Source: an uncultured Clostridia bacterium
Lineage (GTDB): Bacteria; Bacillota; Clostridia; Christensenellales; UBA1242
Assembly (NCBI GenBank): GCA_948434855.1
Contig: CAOJFR010000003.1
Location: 977 to 64,976, forward strand
Direction of reading: 5' to 3'
DNA: 64,000 bases
Position 1 is the stretch's first letter; each line of letters starts with the position of its first letter. Shown here piece after piece: positions 55,406 to 64,000 of this stretch. The notes under the pieces are model-generated. The model made no database searches and was not told the DNA's origin. It was given only the letters and a program-made list of their open reading frames with translations. Position numbers and translations under genes: made by a program.

Positions 55406-56086
55406 ATGACAAATGAAAACCAGTTTTCAAGGTCAGGTTCAACCATAGAAACGCAGAGAGAAACTGCTGGTCAAAACTATAGTGCGCCAAGCACCTATAT
55501 TTCTCCTGAGCAGAAAATCAATCAAACCTATGATTATTCAGATGATTATTCTGTTGCACAAAATTTCACTGAAGAAACAGGCTATCAGGCAAATAGTGGC
55601 ACACAAATGGTGCAAGAGCAAGAAGCCCAAACAGATTATAACAGAATATATGCTCCAGTAATCACCAAAAGAGTAGAAGAAAAGCCAATAGAAACAGTAA
55701 CGCTCACAAAAACAAGGCAAGTCATTCACTTAACAGGCAGGTTAAAAATGGCAATGGCAATGTTCATGGTAATCATGGCATCACTAATTGCAATAATCGC
55801 ATTCAATTTTTCAGCTGCCGGCAGAATAAACGGCTCACTTTCAGCAAAACAAGCAAGAATAAATGAGCTTCAGCTAAGCATAACCGAGCTAACAGACAAA
55901 TATAATTTAGTAAGCAGTGATGGTTATCTTCAAGACTTTGCAGAAAATGCAAACTTTGTAGTGGCAGACGAATCAAACACAGTTGTAATTACATTAAATG
56001 AAATGTATGAAAGAGAAACAGTCCAAGAAGTTCCATCAAACTGGTTTAATGATGTTTGTGAATTCTTTTCTAAGCTTTTTGGTTAG
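55406..56086 (+). CDS. ftsL: FtsL-like bitopic cell-division protein with an extended N-terminal Q/T/E-rich region
   Basis: It occupies the ftsL slot between rsmH and the class B PBP. Single TM helix (MAMAMFMVIMASLIAIIAF) followed by a short coiled coil (QARINELQLSITELTDKYN). Confidence 0.6.
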   Translation: MTNENQFSRSGSTIETQRETAGQNYSAPSTYISPEQKINQTYDYSDDYSVAQNFTEETGYQANSGTQMVQEQEAQTDYNRIYAPVITKRVEEKPIETVTLTKTRQVIHLTGRLKMAMAMFMVIMASLIAIIAFNFSAAGRINGSLSAKQARINELQLSITELTDKYNLVSSDGYLQDFAENANFVVADESNTVVITLNEMYERETVQEVPSNWFNDVCEFFSKLFG

Positions 56087-56143
56087 GTTCTAGTCTAGGC
56101 TTCCAAACAAATACAAAAGATTTTGTAGATGTTTGGAGCGGAA

Positions 56144-58042
56144 ATGGCAATAAAATATAGTTCATATTCATTAACAAAAAGGTTACTTGCACTCACAGTG
56201 CTTGTAGCCTTTTTTGCGTGCATGATAATTTTTCGTCTTTTTTATTTGCAAATAATTGGTGGCTACAGCCTTGTAAAAGAGGGTCTAACAGAGTGGCTTC
56301 GTGACTTGCCGCTAATTGCAAATAGGGGTGAAATAACTGACAGGAATGGCGTTGTGCTCGCTTCAAGCCACACAACCTATGATGTGTATATTCGTCCTGC
56401 AGACATAGAGGATAGCGAGGCAGTAGCAAAGCTTTTGTCAGATGTGTTAAAGCTAGATTATGAAGAAACATTAGAAAAAGTAAGCAAAAAGGGCTTAAGC
56501 GAAATCAAAATAGCCACCGACATAGAAAAATCAGATGTTCAAGAAATTTTAAAAGACTTCAAGTCAGGAATATTCTTCACAACCGACACTGTAAGAAATT
56601 ATAGCTATGATTCGTTGCTGTGCCAAATCTTAGGTTTTGTAAGCTCAGATAATTCAGGACAATCTGGACTAGAGGCGTTCTATAACACATATCTTGCGGG
56701 CACAGACGGCGTAAGCTTGGTAGAAGCAGACCTAAAGGGTTCAACCCTAAACAGTTCGCTCACATACTATGAAAATCCAATTAACGGCTTAAATTTAAAG
56801 CTTACAATAGATTTCAAAATTCAATATGAGGTTGAAAAAATACTTGCCAGAGCCATGTCAGAAACCGGTGCAAAATCAGTTTCAGCATTAGTAACAGACC
56901 CTAAAACGGGTGAAATTTTGGCAATATCAACCTTGCCATCCTATGATCTTAACAACATTCCAAGAGATGATATGTCGCTACTAAACAAACTTTCAAGGGC
57001 ATCCACAATAGTTGATACCTACGAGCCAGGTTCAACATTTAAGGCAATAGTAACCGCAATAGCCCTAGAAGAGGGCTTAACAAGTGAGCATAACTATTTC
57101 TATTGCCCAGGCTATCGTATAATAAATGGTGTTCAAATAAATTGTGCAAGACGCAGCGGTCATGGAAGCCAGTCGCTAGAGCAAGGTTTAATGAACAGTT
57201 GCAACTGTGTGTTTATGGATCTAATTGCAAGAATTGGCACAAAAAAGTTTTATAGTTATTTAGATGAAATGGGATTCACAAGTTCACTTGGCATAGATTT
57301 CCCAGGTGAAACCTCAGCGGTGTTAATGCCAATAAACTCAGTCACAGCACCAGACCTTGCCAGAATGGGTTTTGGACAAACCATAGCAATAACTGCGCTT
57401 CAAATGACGGCGGGCTTCAATGCAGTAATCAATGGTGGAAACATGCTGCAACCATATTTGCTTAAAACCATTTCAACAGAAACTGGAAAACAGGTATATA
57501 ACAGGGGAACAACAACCATATCAAAATTATTTAGTGAAAACACAAGCAAATCAATGAGAAAGATGCTTTTTTCAGTAGTAGATAAAGGTGGCGGAAAATA
57601 CGCAAAATTAGATGGCTATCAAATTGGCGGAAAAACAGGAACAGCACAAAAATATGAAAATGGAGCAATAGCCAAAGGAAAATATGTTGCATCATTCATA
57701 GGTTTTGCACCATATGATGATCCACAATATTCAGTTTATGTTGTAATTGATGAGCCACAGGGTGCATATTATGGAGGCGTCGTTGCGGCACCAATCGCAA
57801 AAGATATTTTTGCAAAAATATTCAGCATAAGAGAGCAGCAAAAAGATGATAGCTACTTAGAAGAAGAAAAGACAATAGAGCTTCCAACATTCATTGGAAT
57901 GACACTTTCAGAGGCAGGCTCAGAAATAGCCAAGCTTGGTTTGCAATATTTGGTTCAAGGTGATGGAGATTATGTCACTGGACAAATAGCCGCCCCAGGA
58001 ACAATGGTTGGCAAAAATGACATTGTCTTGCTTATATTTTAG
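56144..58042 (+). CDS. Class B penicillin-binding protein (FtsI/PBP2B-like) with a C-terminal PASTA domain
   Basis: N-terminal TM helix, SxxK motif GSTFK, SxN motif NSCN, KTGT motif GGKTGTAQ, and a C-terminal ~60-aa PASTA-like unit (LPTFIGMTLSEAGSEIAKLGL...). Start at the ATG at 56144 after GGAGCGG. Confidence 0.9.
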   Translation: MAIKYSSYSLTKRLLALTVLVAFFACMIIFRLFYLQIIGGYSLVKEGLTEWLRDLPLIANRGEITDRNGVVLASSHTTYDVYIRPADIEDSEAVAKLLSDVLKLDYEETLEKVSKKGLSEIKIATDIEKSDVQEILKDFKSGIFFTTDTVRNYSYDSLLCQILGFVSSDNSGQSGLEAFYNTYLAGTDGVSLVEADLKGSTLNSSLTYYENPINGLNLKLTIDFKIQYEVEKILARAMSETGAKSVSALVTDPKTGEILAISTLPSYDLNNIPRDDMSLLNKLSRASTIVDTYEPGSTFKAIVTAIALEEGLTSEHNYFYCPGYRIINGVQINCARRSGHGSQSLEQGLMNSCNCVFMDLIARIGTKKFYSYLDEMGFTSSLGIDFPGETSAVLMPINSVTAPDLARMGFGQTIAITALQMTAGFNAVINGGNMLQPYLLKTISTETGKQVYNRGTTTISKLFSENTSKSMRKMLFSVVDKGGGKYAKLDGYQIGGKTGTAQKYENGAIAKGKYVASFIGFAPYDDPQYSVYVVIDEPQGAYYGGVVAAPIAKDIFAKIFSIREQQKDDSYLEEEKTIELPTFIGMTLSEAGSEIAKLGLQYLVQGDGDYVTGQIAAPGTMVGKNDIVLLIF

Positions 58043-58053
58043 TGGAGTAAAAA

Positions 58054-59478
58054 ATGAAATTATATTCTTTAATCAAAAACTTAAATTGCAGAGTTCTAGG
58101 CAACACAGTGCTTGAAATCAGTGGGCTATATCATCAAGACACCGAGGTCAAAGAGGGTGGACTATTCTTCTGTTTAAGGGGAACAAAGGTAGACGGAACA
58201 AATTTTGTAAAGAGTGCAATAGCCAATGGAGCGGTTGCGGTAGTGAGTGAAACAGAGCTTTCGCTTTCGCTTGGGGTCACGCAAATAATAGTAAAAAATG
58301 CCAGAGAGTTCATGAGCATTCTCTCTTGCAGATTTTTTGGAAACCCTGCCGACAAACTCAAAATCATTGGCGTAACAGGCACCAATGGAAAAACAACAAT
58401 CACAAACTTAATTGCAAATTCATTAGAGTTTTTGGGTCAAAGGTGTGCCATCATTGGCACAAGTGGCGTCATAATAAACGGAAAAATATATGATAGCGGA
58501 ATGACCACTCCAGACCCAATAGAGCTTCAAAAATACTTCAGCAAAATTGTCAAAAGCAAAATAGAATATGTTTGCATGGAGGTCTCAGCACACGCAATAG
58601 ACCTTTCAAAAATTGCAGGATTCAGGTTCAGTCAGGTCATCTTCACAAACCTAACAGAAGACCATTTAGATTATTTTAAAACCATGGAAAAATACTATTT
58701 GGCAAAGGCAAAACTTTTCACAAAAAAATATACAGATTTTGCAATAATAAACACTGATGATGAATATGGAAAAAGACTCTATAATAGTATAAATTTAACA
58801 AAACTTTCATACGCTATAAATAACAGCTCAGACCTCACAGCAAAAAATATTAATAGCTCAAACAATGGTCAAAACTTTGTTGCTGGCGAAAATGAATATA
58901 ACATTTCGCTTCTTGGCAGGTTCAATATATACAATTCGCTTGCGGCAATATTGTCATTAAAGTCACTTGGCTTTAGTGATGAAGAAGTTACAAGAGCAAT
59001 AAAAAATTTGCAGCCAGTCAGTGGCAGGTTCAACACATACATAATAAATGATGTCATAGTGGTCATAGATTATGCCCACACTCCAGATGGCTTAAAGAAC
59101 GTGCTTTTGTCATGCAGAGAGCTTGCGGGAAGCAAAAAGGTAATATCAGTGTTTGGGTGTGGAGGAAACCGAGAAACGCAAAAACGACAAATTATGGGTG
59201 AAATTTCATCAAAAAACGCTGATTTAACGATAATTACGAGTGATAATCCAAGATATGAGTCAAGAGAAAAAATCGCAAAAGACATAGAAAAGGGCATAGA
59301 TGGTGGAAGTTATCAAATTGTCTTAGAGCGAAGTGAAGCCATAAAAAGTGCATTAATGTTTGCAAGAAGTGGCGATGTAGTGCTTATTGCGGGCAAAGGT
59401 TCAGAACCATATATAGATGAAAACGGAATCAAAATTCCATATAGTGATAAAGCAGAAATTGAAAAATATAGGAGATAA
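58054..59478 (+). CDS. murE: UDP-MurNAc-L-Ala-D-Glu:meso-diaminopimelate ligase
   Basis: GVTGTNGKTT P-loop. The DNPR motif (ITSDNPRYES) is associated with meso-DAP specificity. Confidence 0.9.
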   Translation: MKLYSLIKNLNCRVLGNTVLEISGLYHQDTEVKEGGLFFCLRGTKVDGTNFVKSAIANGAVAVVSETELSLSLGVTQIIVKNAREFMSILSCRFFGNPADKLKIIGVTGTNGKTTITNLIANSLEFLGQRCAIIGTSGVIINGKIYDSGMTTPDPIELQKYFSKIVKSKIEYVCMEVSAHAIDLSKIAGFRFSQVIFTNLTEDHLDYFKTMEKYYLAKAKLFTKKYTDFAIINTDDEYGKRLYNSINLTKLSYAINNSSDLTAKNINSSNNGQNFVAGENEYNISLLGRFNIYNSLAAILSLKSLGFSDEEVTRAIKNLQPVSGRFNTYIINDVIVVIDYAHTPDGLKNVLLSCRELAGSKKVISVFGCGGNRETQKRQIMGEISSKNADLTIITSDNPRYESREKIAKDIEKGIDGGSYQIVLERSEAIKSALMFARSGDVVLIAGKGSEPYIDENGIKIPYSDKAEIEKYRR

Positions 59479-59480
59479 AA

Positions 59481-60491
59481 ATGAACGAATATGTATATTT
59501 AGTTGAGTGTTTTGTTTGGGGATTTTTAGTAACATTAATAGTATCTCCATTTGTCATTTCGCTAATAAAAAGAGAAAAGGTAAAACAGGTCATACTAACA
59601 TATGTAGAGGAGCATAAGGGAAAAGCCGGAACCCCAACCATGGGAGGAATAATATTTTTAATTTCCATTTCGCTAGTTTCCTTAATTGTTTTAAGAGATT
59701 CATCAAGCCTTGCAAAAATGACAATATACATATTCATAGCATACGGAATCGTAGGATTTTTAGATGACTTTTTAAAGTTTAAGTTCAACAGAAACTTAGG
59801 GCTCAGGGCATATCAAAAAATAATTTTCCAGCTTGCAATTTCGCTACTTATAGGTTTTTATGTTTATTACAACACATCGCTTGGTGGAGAGCTCGTGTTG
59901 CCGTTCTCTAAAAAGATAATAAACATTGGTTGGGGAATAATCCCGCTAGTAAGTTTAATCTATCTTGCAACAACAAACTCAGTCAATCTCACAGATGGCT
60001 TAGATGGGCTTGCAGGATCAACCACATTTGGCTATATGCTTTCACTAATAAGCTTAATTTTGGTGCTAATGGGAACAGCTCTTGGTGGAAGCAATGAAAC
60101 CTATATTTCAGAGATCCAAAATCTCAGCACAGTCGGTGCAGTAACAATGGGAGCAATGTTGTGCTTTTTGGCATTTAACTGTTTTCCAGCAAAAATATTT
60201 ATGGGAGACACTGGTTCGCTTGCGTTAGGTAGTCTTGTTGCAAGCATTGCAGTATTTTCAAAAACAAGCCTATATATTCCAATTTTAGGAATCATGTTTG
60301 TGCTCAGCAGCGTGTCAGTAATCATGCAAGTTGCATACTATAAACTAACAAAAAAGAGGATATTTTTAATGGCGCCACTTCATCATCACTTTCAAAAAAA
60401 AGGTGTTCATGAAGTCAGAATCACAATGTGTTACACACTTGCCACAGTGCTTATTGGTGCCGCAGTAATAATCATAAATATCCTGTTTTAA
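59481..60491 (+). CDS. mraY: Phospho-N-acetylmuramoyl-pentapeptide transferase
   Basis: KAGTPTMGG, NLTDGLDGLA, FMGDTGSLALG, and PLHHHF motifs. 10 TM helices. Confidence 0.96.
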   Translation: MNEYVYLVECFVWGFLVTLIVSPFVISLIKREKVKQVILTYVEEHKGKAGTPTMGGIIFLISISLVSLIVLRDSSSLAKMTIYIFIAYGIVGFLDDFLKFKFNRNLGLRAYQKIIFQLAISLLIGFYVYYNTSLGGELVLPFSKKIINIGWGIIPLVSLIYLATTNSVNLTDGLDGLAGSTTFGYMLSLISLILVLMGTALGGSNETYISEIQNLSTVGAVTMGAMLCFLAFNCFPAKIFMGDTGSLALGSLVASIAVFSKTSLYIPILGIMFVLSSVSVIMQVAYYKLTKKRIFLMAPLHHHFQKKGVHEVRITMCYTLATVLIGAAVIIINILF

Positions 60492-60499
60492 GGAGGTTT

Positions 60500-61840
60500 A
60501 TGAAAGCATTAATACTTGGAAGTGGACTTAGTGGAAAGAGTGCATATCAGTTTTTAAAGAGTGCTGGCTATGAGGTCAGCTTTGCAACGGAAGAAGATAT
60601 AAATGATGGCAGCAAAATTGGAAAAAACCAATATACGGACAGACTGTTAAATGGTCTGTCCTTTATTGTGAATAGTCCAGGAATAAATCCAGAGTGCAAA
60701 CTTTGTGAAGAGGCACAAAGCCGAAAAATAAAAATAATAGGAGAGCTAGAGCTTGGGTTAGGCAAAACTCAAGGAGACATTATTGCGGTCACAGGAACAA
60801 ACGGAAAGACCACAACTGTGTCGCTCATAAACTTTTTACTTCTTGGCGAAAACCGCAGAACATATCTTGGAGGAAACATTGGCACGCCAGTCACAAGCTT
60901 TGCAAGTTGCACAAAAAAAGAAGATATTGTGGTGCTAGAATGTTCAAGTTATCAGCTAGAAAACATATCAAAAATTCATGCACATATTGCCATGATTTTA
61001 AACATAACTCCAGATCATTTAACAAGGCATAAAACCATGGATAACTATATGTTATCAAAATATAACATATGTAAAAATCAAACAAAAGACGACTATTTGT
61101 TAATCAATGCAGACAGTGAGTTGTTAATGAAATATCCGCCAAAAACAGACGCAAAAATATATTACTTCAGCACAAAACGCAAGGTTACAGGTTGTTATAT
61201 AAAAAGTGGTTGCATATACTTTAATGACAATCAAAAACAAAAAAAGCTGATCTCGCTAAGTGGCATAAAACTTCTTGGTGAACACAATTTGTCCAACATA
61301 CTTGCAAGCTGTTTGGCGGTATATTTAGAAACAGGCAACACAAACATATTAAAGCGAGTTTCAAATTTTCAGGGTGTTGAACATAGAAATGAATATGTTC
61401 AAACAATAAGGGGTGTTGCGTTTTATAACGACAGCAAGGCAACAAACATTGCAAGCACACTAGTCGCCTTAAAAAGCTTTAAATGCAAAATAAATTTAAT
61501 TTTGGGTGGAAGCGAAAAAGGCTACGATTTTGATGAATTATACGCAAATTTAACCCCAAATGTAGCAAATATTGCAGTTTTTGGACAAACGAAACCCAAA
61601 ATATTATATGCTGCAAAAAAGTATAACTATGAAAATATTTATTCATGTGACACATTAAAAGCCTGCACAAAGTTGTTATTTAATTTGGCAAAGAGTGGTG
61701 AAATAATTTTGCTTTCGCCAGCCTGTGCAAGTTTTGACCACTTTAAAAATTATGAAGAAAGGGGATCAGTTTTCAAAAAGATTGTCGGGGAGATAGCACA
61801 AAATGAAACTGATAGCTCTGAGACAAACAAAGAAACATAA
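60500..61840 (+). CDS. murD: UDP-N-acetylmuramoylalanine-D-glutamate ligase
   Basis: Start at the ATG at 60500 after AAGGAGG. LGSGLSGKS, VTGTNGKTT, and NDSKATN. Confidence 0.93.
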   Translation: MKALILGSGLSGKSAYQFLKSAGYEVSFATEEDINDGSKIGKNQYTDRLLNGLSFIVNSPGINPECKLCEEAQSRKIKIIGELELGLGKTQGDIIAVTGTNGKTTTVSLINFLLLGENRRTYLGGNIGTPVTSFASCTKKEDIVVLECSSYQLENISKIHAHIAMILNITPDHLTRHKTMDNYMLSKYNICKNQTKDDYLLINADSELLMKYPPKTDAKIYYFSTKRKVTGCYIKSGCIYFNDNQKQKKLISLSGIKLLGEHNLSNILASCLAVYLETGNTNILKRVSNFQGVEHRNEYVQTIRGVAFYNDSKATNIASTLVALKSFKCKINLILGGSEKGYDFDELYANLTPNVANIAVFGQTKPKILYAAKKYNYENIYSCDTLKACTKLLFNLAKSGEIILLSPACASFDHFKNYEERGSVFKKIVGEIAQNETDSSETNKET

Positions 61841-62939
61841 ATTTAATTTAGCACTATTTTTGCTAATGATATTTTTGTCTGCAATAGGTTGTTTATTTGT
61901 TTATAGTGCAAGCAGCTATGGTGCAAAAATCACATATGGTGATGAATGTTTTTTCTTAAAAAAGCAACTAATGGGAGTTGCAGTTGGGCTTGTGTGCTAT
62001 GTATTTTTTTCGCTGCTAAATTATCACTTTTTAAAAAAAGTTGGTTGGTATCTTTTTGCAATTTCAGTAGTTTTGCTCGCACTAGTTTTTGTTCCAGGAA
62101 TAGGTCTCACAAACTATGGTGCAACAAGGTGGATAAACTTAAGATTCATAACTTTTCAGCCTTCAGAAATTGCAAAGTTTTCATTCATAATTTTGTCTGC
62201 AAATTTGCTTGCAAAGTCAGCAGAAAAGGTCAAGTCGTTTAAGGGAATTTTGCCAATACTTTTAATTGGAGCAACATATTGCGTGCTAATAATTTTAGAG
62301 CCAAACATGTCAATAACAATTTGCATGGCGCTATTGGTTGTGGTAATGCTTTTAATGGGCGGAGCAAAATTCAAACACTTTGCAATGCTCTCTGTGCCTG
62401 CAGCAATAATGGTTGTGGTGCTAATATTAATTGAGCCCTACAGGTTAAAAAGGCTCATAGCATTCATAGATCCTTTTGCAGCAAAACAAGATGAGGGCTT
62501 TCAGCTTGTGCAATCGCTCTTAGGCATATCGCTTGGCGGAATGTTCGGTTCAGGAATATTTAACTCACGTCAAAAATATTTATTTTTGCCATTTTCAGAA
62601 TCAGATTTTATCTTTTCCATAATTGCAGAAGAAACTGGTTTTGCAGGTGCAATGTTTTTAATAATTGTGTTTGTTCTTTTGTTTTTGTGCATCATGAAAG
62701 TTGCAAGGCATTCGCCAGACAAATTTGGATTTTTGCTGGCAGCAGGCATAGGCTCTTTAATAATCATTCAGGTCATGCTAAATATTGCGGTGGTCACTGG
62801 GCTTGTGCCTCCAACAGGCTTGCCTTTGCCATTCATTAGCAGTGGAAGCACATCGCTAATGGTTTTCATGGGTGCACTTGGCATAGTTCAAAACATTCAT
62901 AAAAATTCAATAAATAGTGTTACATTTTCTGAAAAATGA
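61803..62939 (+). CDS. ftsW: SEDS-family peptidoglycan polymerase FtsW/SpoVE
   Basis: VYSASSY, FQPSEIAKF, and LPFISSGSTS (SEDS signature), ~10 TM helices. RBS GGGGAG. It overlaps the end of murD by 38 nt. Confidence 0.92.
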   Translation: MKLIALRQTKKHKFNLALFLLMIFLSAIGCLFVYSASSYGAKITYGDECFFLKKQLMGVAVGLVCYVFFSLLNYHFLKKVGWYLFAISVVLLALVFVPGIGLTNYGATRWINLRFITFQPSEIAKFSFIILSANLLAKSAEKVKSFKGILPILLIGATYCVLIILEPNMSITICMALLVVVMLLMGGAKFKHFAMLSVPAAIMVVVLILIEPYRLKRLIAFIDPFAAKQDEGFQLVQSLLGISLGGMFGSGIFNSRQKYLFLPFSESDFIFSIIAEETGFAGAMFLIIVFVLLFLCIMKVARHSPDKFGFLLAAGIGSLIIIQVMLNIAVVTGLVPPTGLPLPFISSGSTSLMVFMGALGIVQNIHKNSINSVTFSEK

Positions 62940-62962
62940 ATATTTTGTAATAGTAGGTGTTT

Positions 62963-64000
62963 ATGAAATATATAGTAAATGGTGGTAATAAATTATTTGG
63001 AAGAATCTCAGTAGATGCAGCAAAAAATTCAATACTTCCAGTTATTGCAGCAACAATAATGTGTGATGAAGAGTGTGTAATAAAAGACATCCCGCTATAT
63101 TTAGATGTAATAGAAATGTCTGCAATTCTGGAAAAGCTTGGAAAAAAGGTAGAGGTGCAAAATGGAAATTTAGTAATTTCCGGAGAAATCAGAAGCACAT
63201 CCGTCATCATGGCAGAAACCAAAACACTCAGGTCAAGCATTTTCATGATGGGTTCAATTCTGTCAAAATATAGAAAGGCAATTTTCACATATCCAGGTGG
63301 CTGTGACATTGGCAAAAGGCCAATAGACATTCACCTAGAGGGTCTCAGCAAACTTGGAGTAAAGTTCACTTATGCCAATGACCTAATTTATTGTGATGCA
63401 GATAAAATGAAAGGCAATGAAATAGAACTTAACTTTCCAAGTGTTGGGGCAACAGAAAATTTAATGATGGCAAGCACATTAATTGATGGTGAAATCACAG
63501 TCATAAAAAATTGTGCAAGAGAGCCCGAGATAGTGGATCTAGCGAACTTCATAAATTCCATGGGCGGAAAGGTATATGGCGCAGGCTATGAAACCATCGT
63601 AATTTTTGGTGTAAAAAAACTTCATGGAACAGAATATAAGTGCATAATGGACAGAATCGCAACAGGAACCTATTTAATTGCGGGTGCAATGTGTGGTGGA
63701 AGAATAGAGCTCACGGGCACAAATCCAAACTATTTGTTGCCATTAATTGTATTTTTGCGAAATTCTGGTTGCAAGATAGATTTGTTTAGTGATAAAATAA
63801 TATTAGAAAATTTTACAAGGCAAAAATCAATAGGCAAAATAGAAACCGAGACCTATCCAGGTTTTCCAACAGACTTGCAGTCGCCAGTGCTAGTAATGCA
63901 AACCATATCAAAGGGAACCTCAATTGTGCATGAAACGGTTTTTGAAGCAAGGTTTAAGGTTGTTTCAGAGCTTTTAAAGATGGGTGCAAAAATCAATGTT
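62963..64000 (+). CDS. murA: UDP-N-acetylglucosamine 1-carboxyvinyltransferase; 3' end beyond the window
   Basis: Not in the ORF track because no stop is reached. Translation from the ATG at 62963 reads MKYIVNGGNKLFGRISVDAAKNSILPVIAATIMC...YPGGCDIGKRPIDIHLEGL (active-site Cys). The frame stays open to base 64000. Confidence 0.9.
   Translation, partial: MKYIVNGGNKLFGRISVDAAKNSILPVIAATIMCDEECVIKDIPLYLDVIEMSAILEKLGKKVEVQNGNLVISGEIRSTSVIMAETKTLRSSIFMMGSILSKYRKAIFTYPGGCDIGKRPIDIHLEGLSKLGVKFTYANDLIYCDADKMKGNEIELNFPSVGATENLMMASTLIDGEITVIKNCAREPEIVDLANFINSMGGKVYGAGYETIVIFGVKKLHGTEYKCIMDRIATGTYLIAGAMCGGRIELTGTNPNYLLPLIVFLRNSGCKIDLFSDKIILENFTRQKSIGKIETETYPGFPTDLQSPVLVMQTISKGTSIVHETVFEARFKVVSELLKMGAKINV

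Noticed and set aside
61946-63330. Small ORFs 61946..62242 (+), 62920..63330 (-) and 63073..63273 (+)
   Set aside because: They are out of frame or antisense within ftsW and murA, both of which carry clear family signatures.
1-64000. Alternative genetic code (TGA = Trp, as in Mollicutes), considered because of the low GC content
   Set aside because: Housekeeping genes have normal lengths under the standard code. Trp is encoded by TGG throughout. TGA acts as a genuine stop, for example at the rluD end (48111-48113), which is followed by intergenic promoter sequence. A full peptidoglycan gene set is also present.

Overview
AT-rich (about one-third G+C by eye), gene-dense chromosomal segment that uses the standard genetic code. 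Gene order suggests a low-GC Gram-positive-type bacterium, Bacillota/Clostridia-like: comEC-holA ... rpsT-murI, lspA-rluD, tig-clpP-clpX-engB, and a dcw cluster mraZ-rsmH-ftsL-PBP(PASTA)-murE-mraY-murD-ftsW-murA. The left 14 kb holds an edge-truncated repeat protein, small accessory genes, a tRNA-Glu(CUC) with an att-like duplication of its 3' end, a PnuC-GNAT fusion, a PfkB kinase and an M28-like pseudo-peptidase.

The main feature is a ~32-kb locus (14383-46691) between murI and lspA, bounded by terminators on both sides. It contains a VirD4-type coupling ATPase, a PrgI/VirB3-VirB4 fusion ATPase and two small pilin-like two-helix proteins. It also has a 736-aa anchored surface protein, a 1039-aa coiled-coil protein, and three paralogous giant membrane proteins (2290, 3666 and 997 aa). 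These three share N- and C-terminal membrane modules but carry huge, different central inserts.

I see no relaxase, integrase, cell-wall hydrolase, VirB8-like gene or flanking repeats. I therefore read the locus as a chromosomally fixed T4SS-derived apparatus of unknown function, not a classical ICE. All family assignments come from motif recognition by eye. No database search was run.
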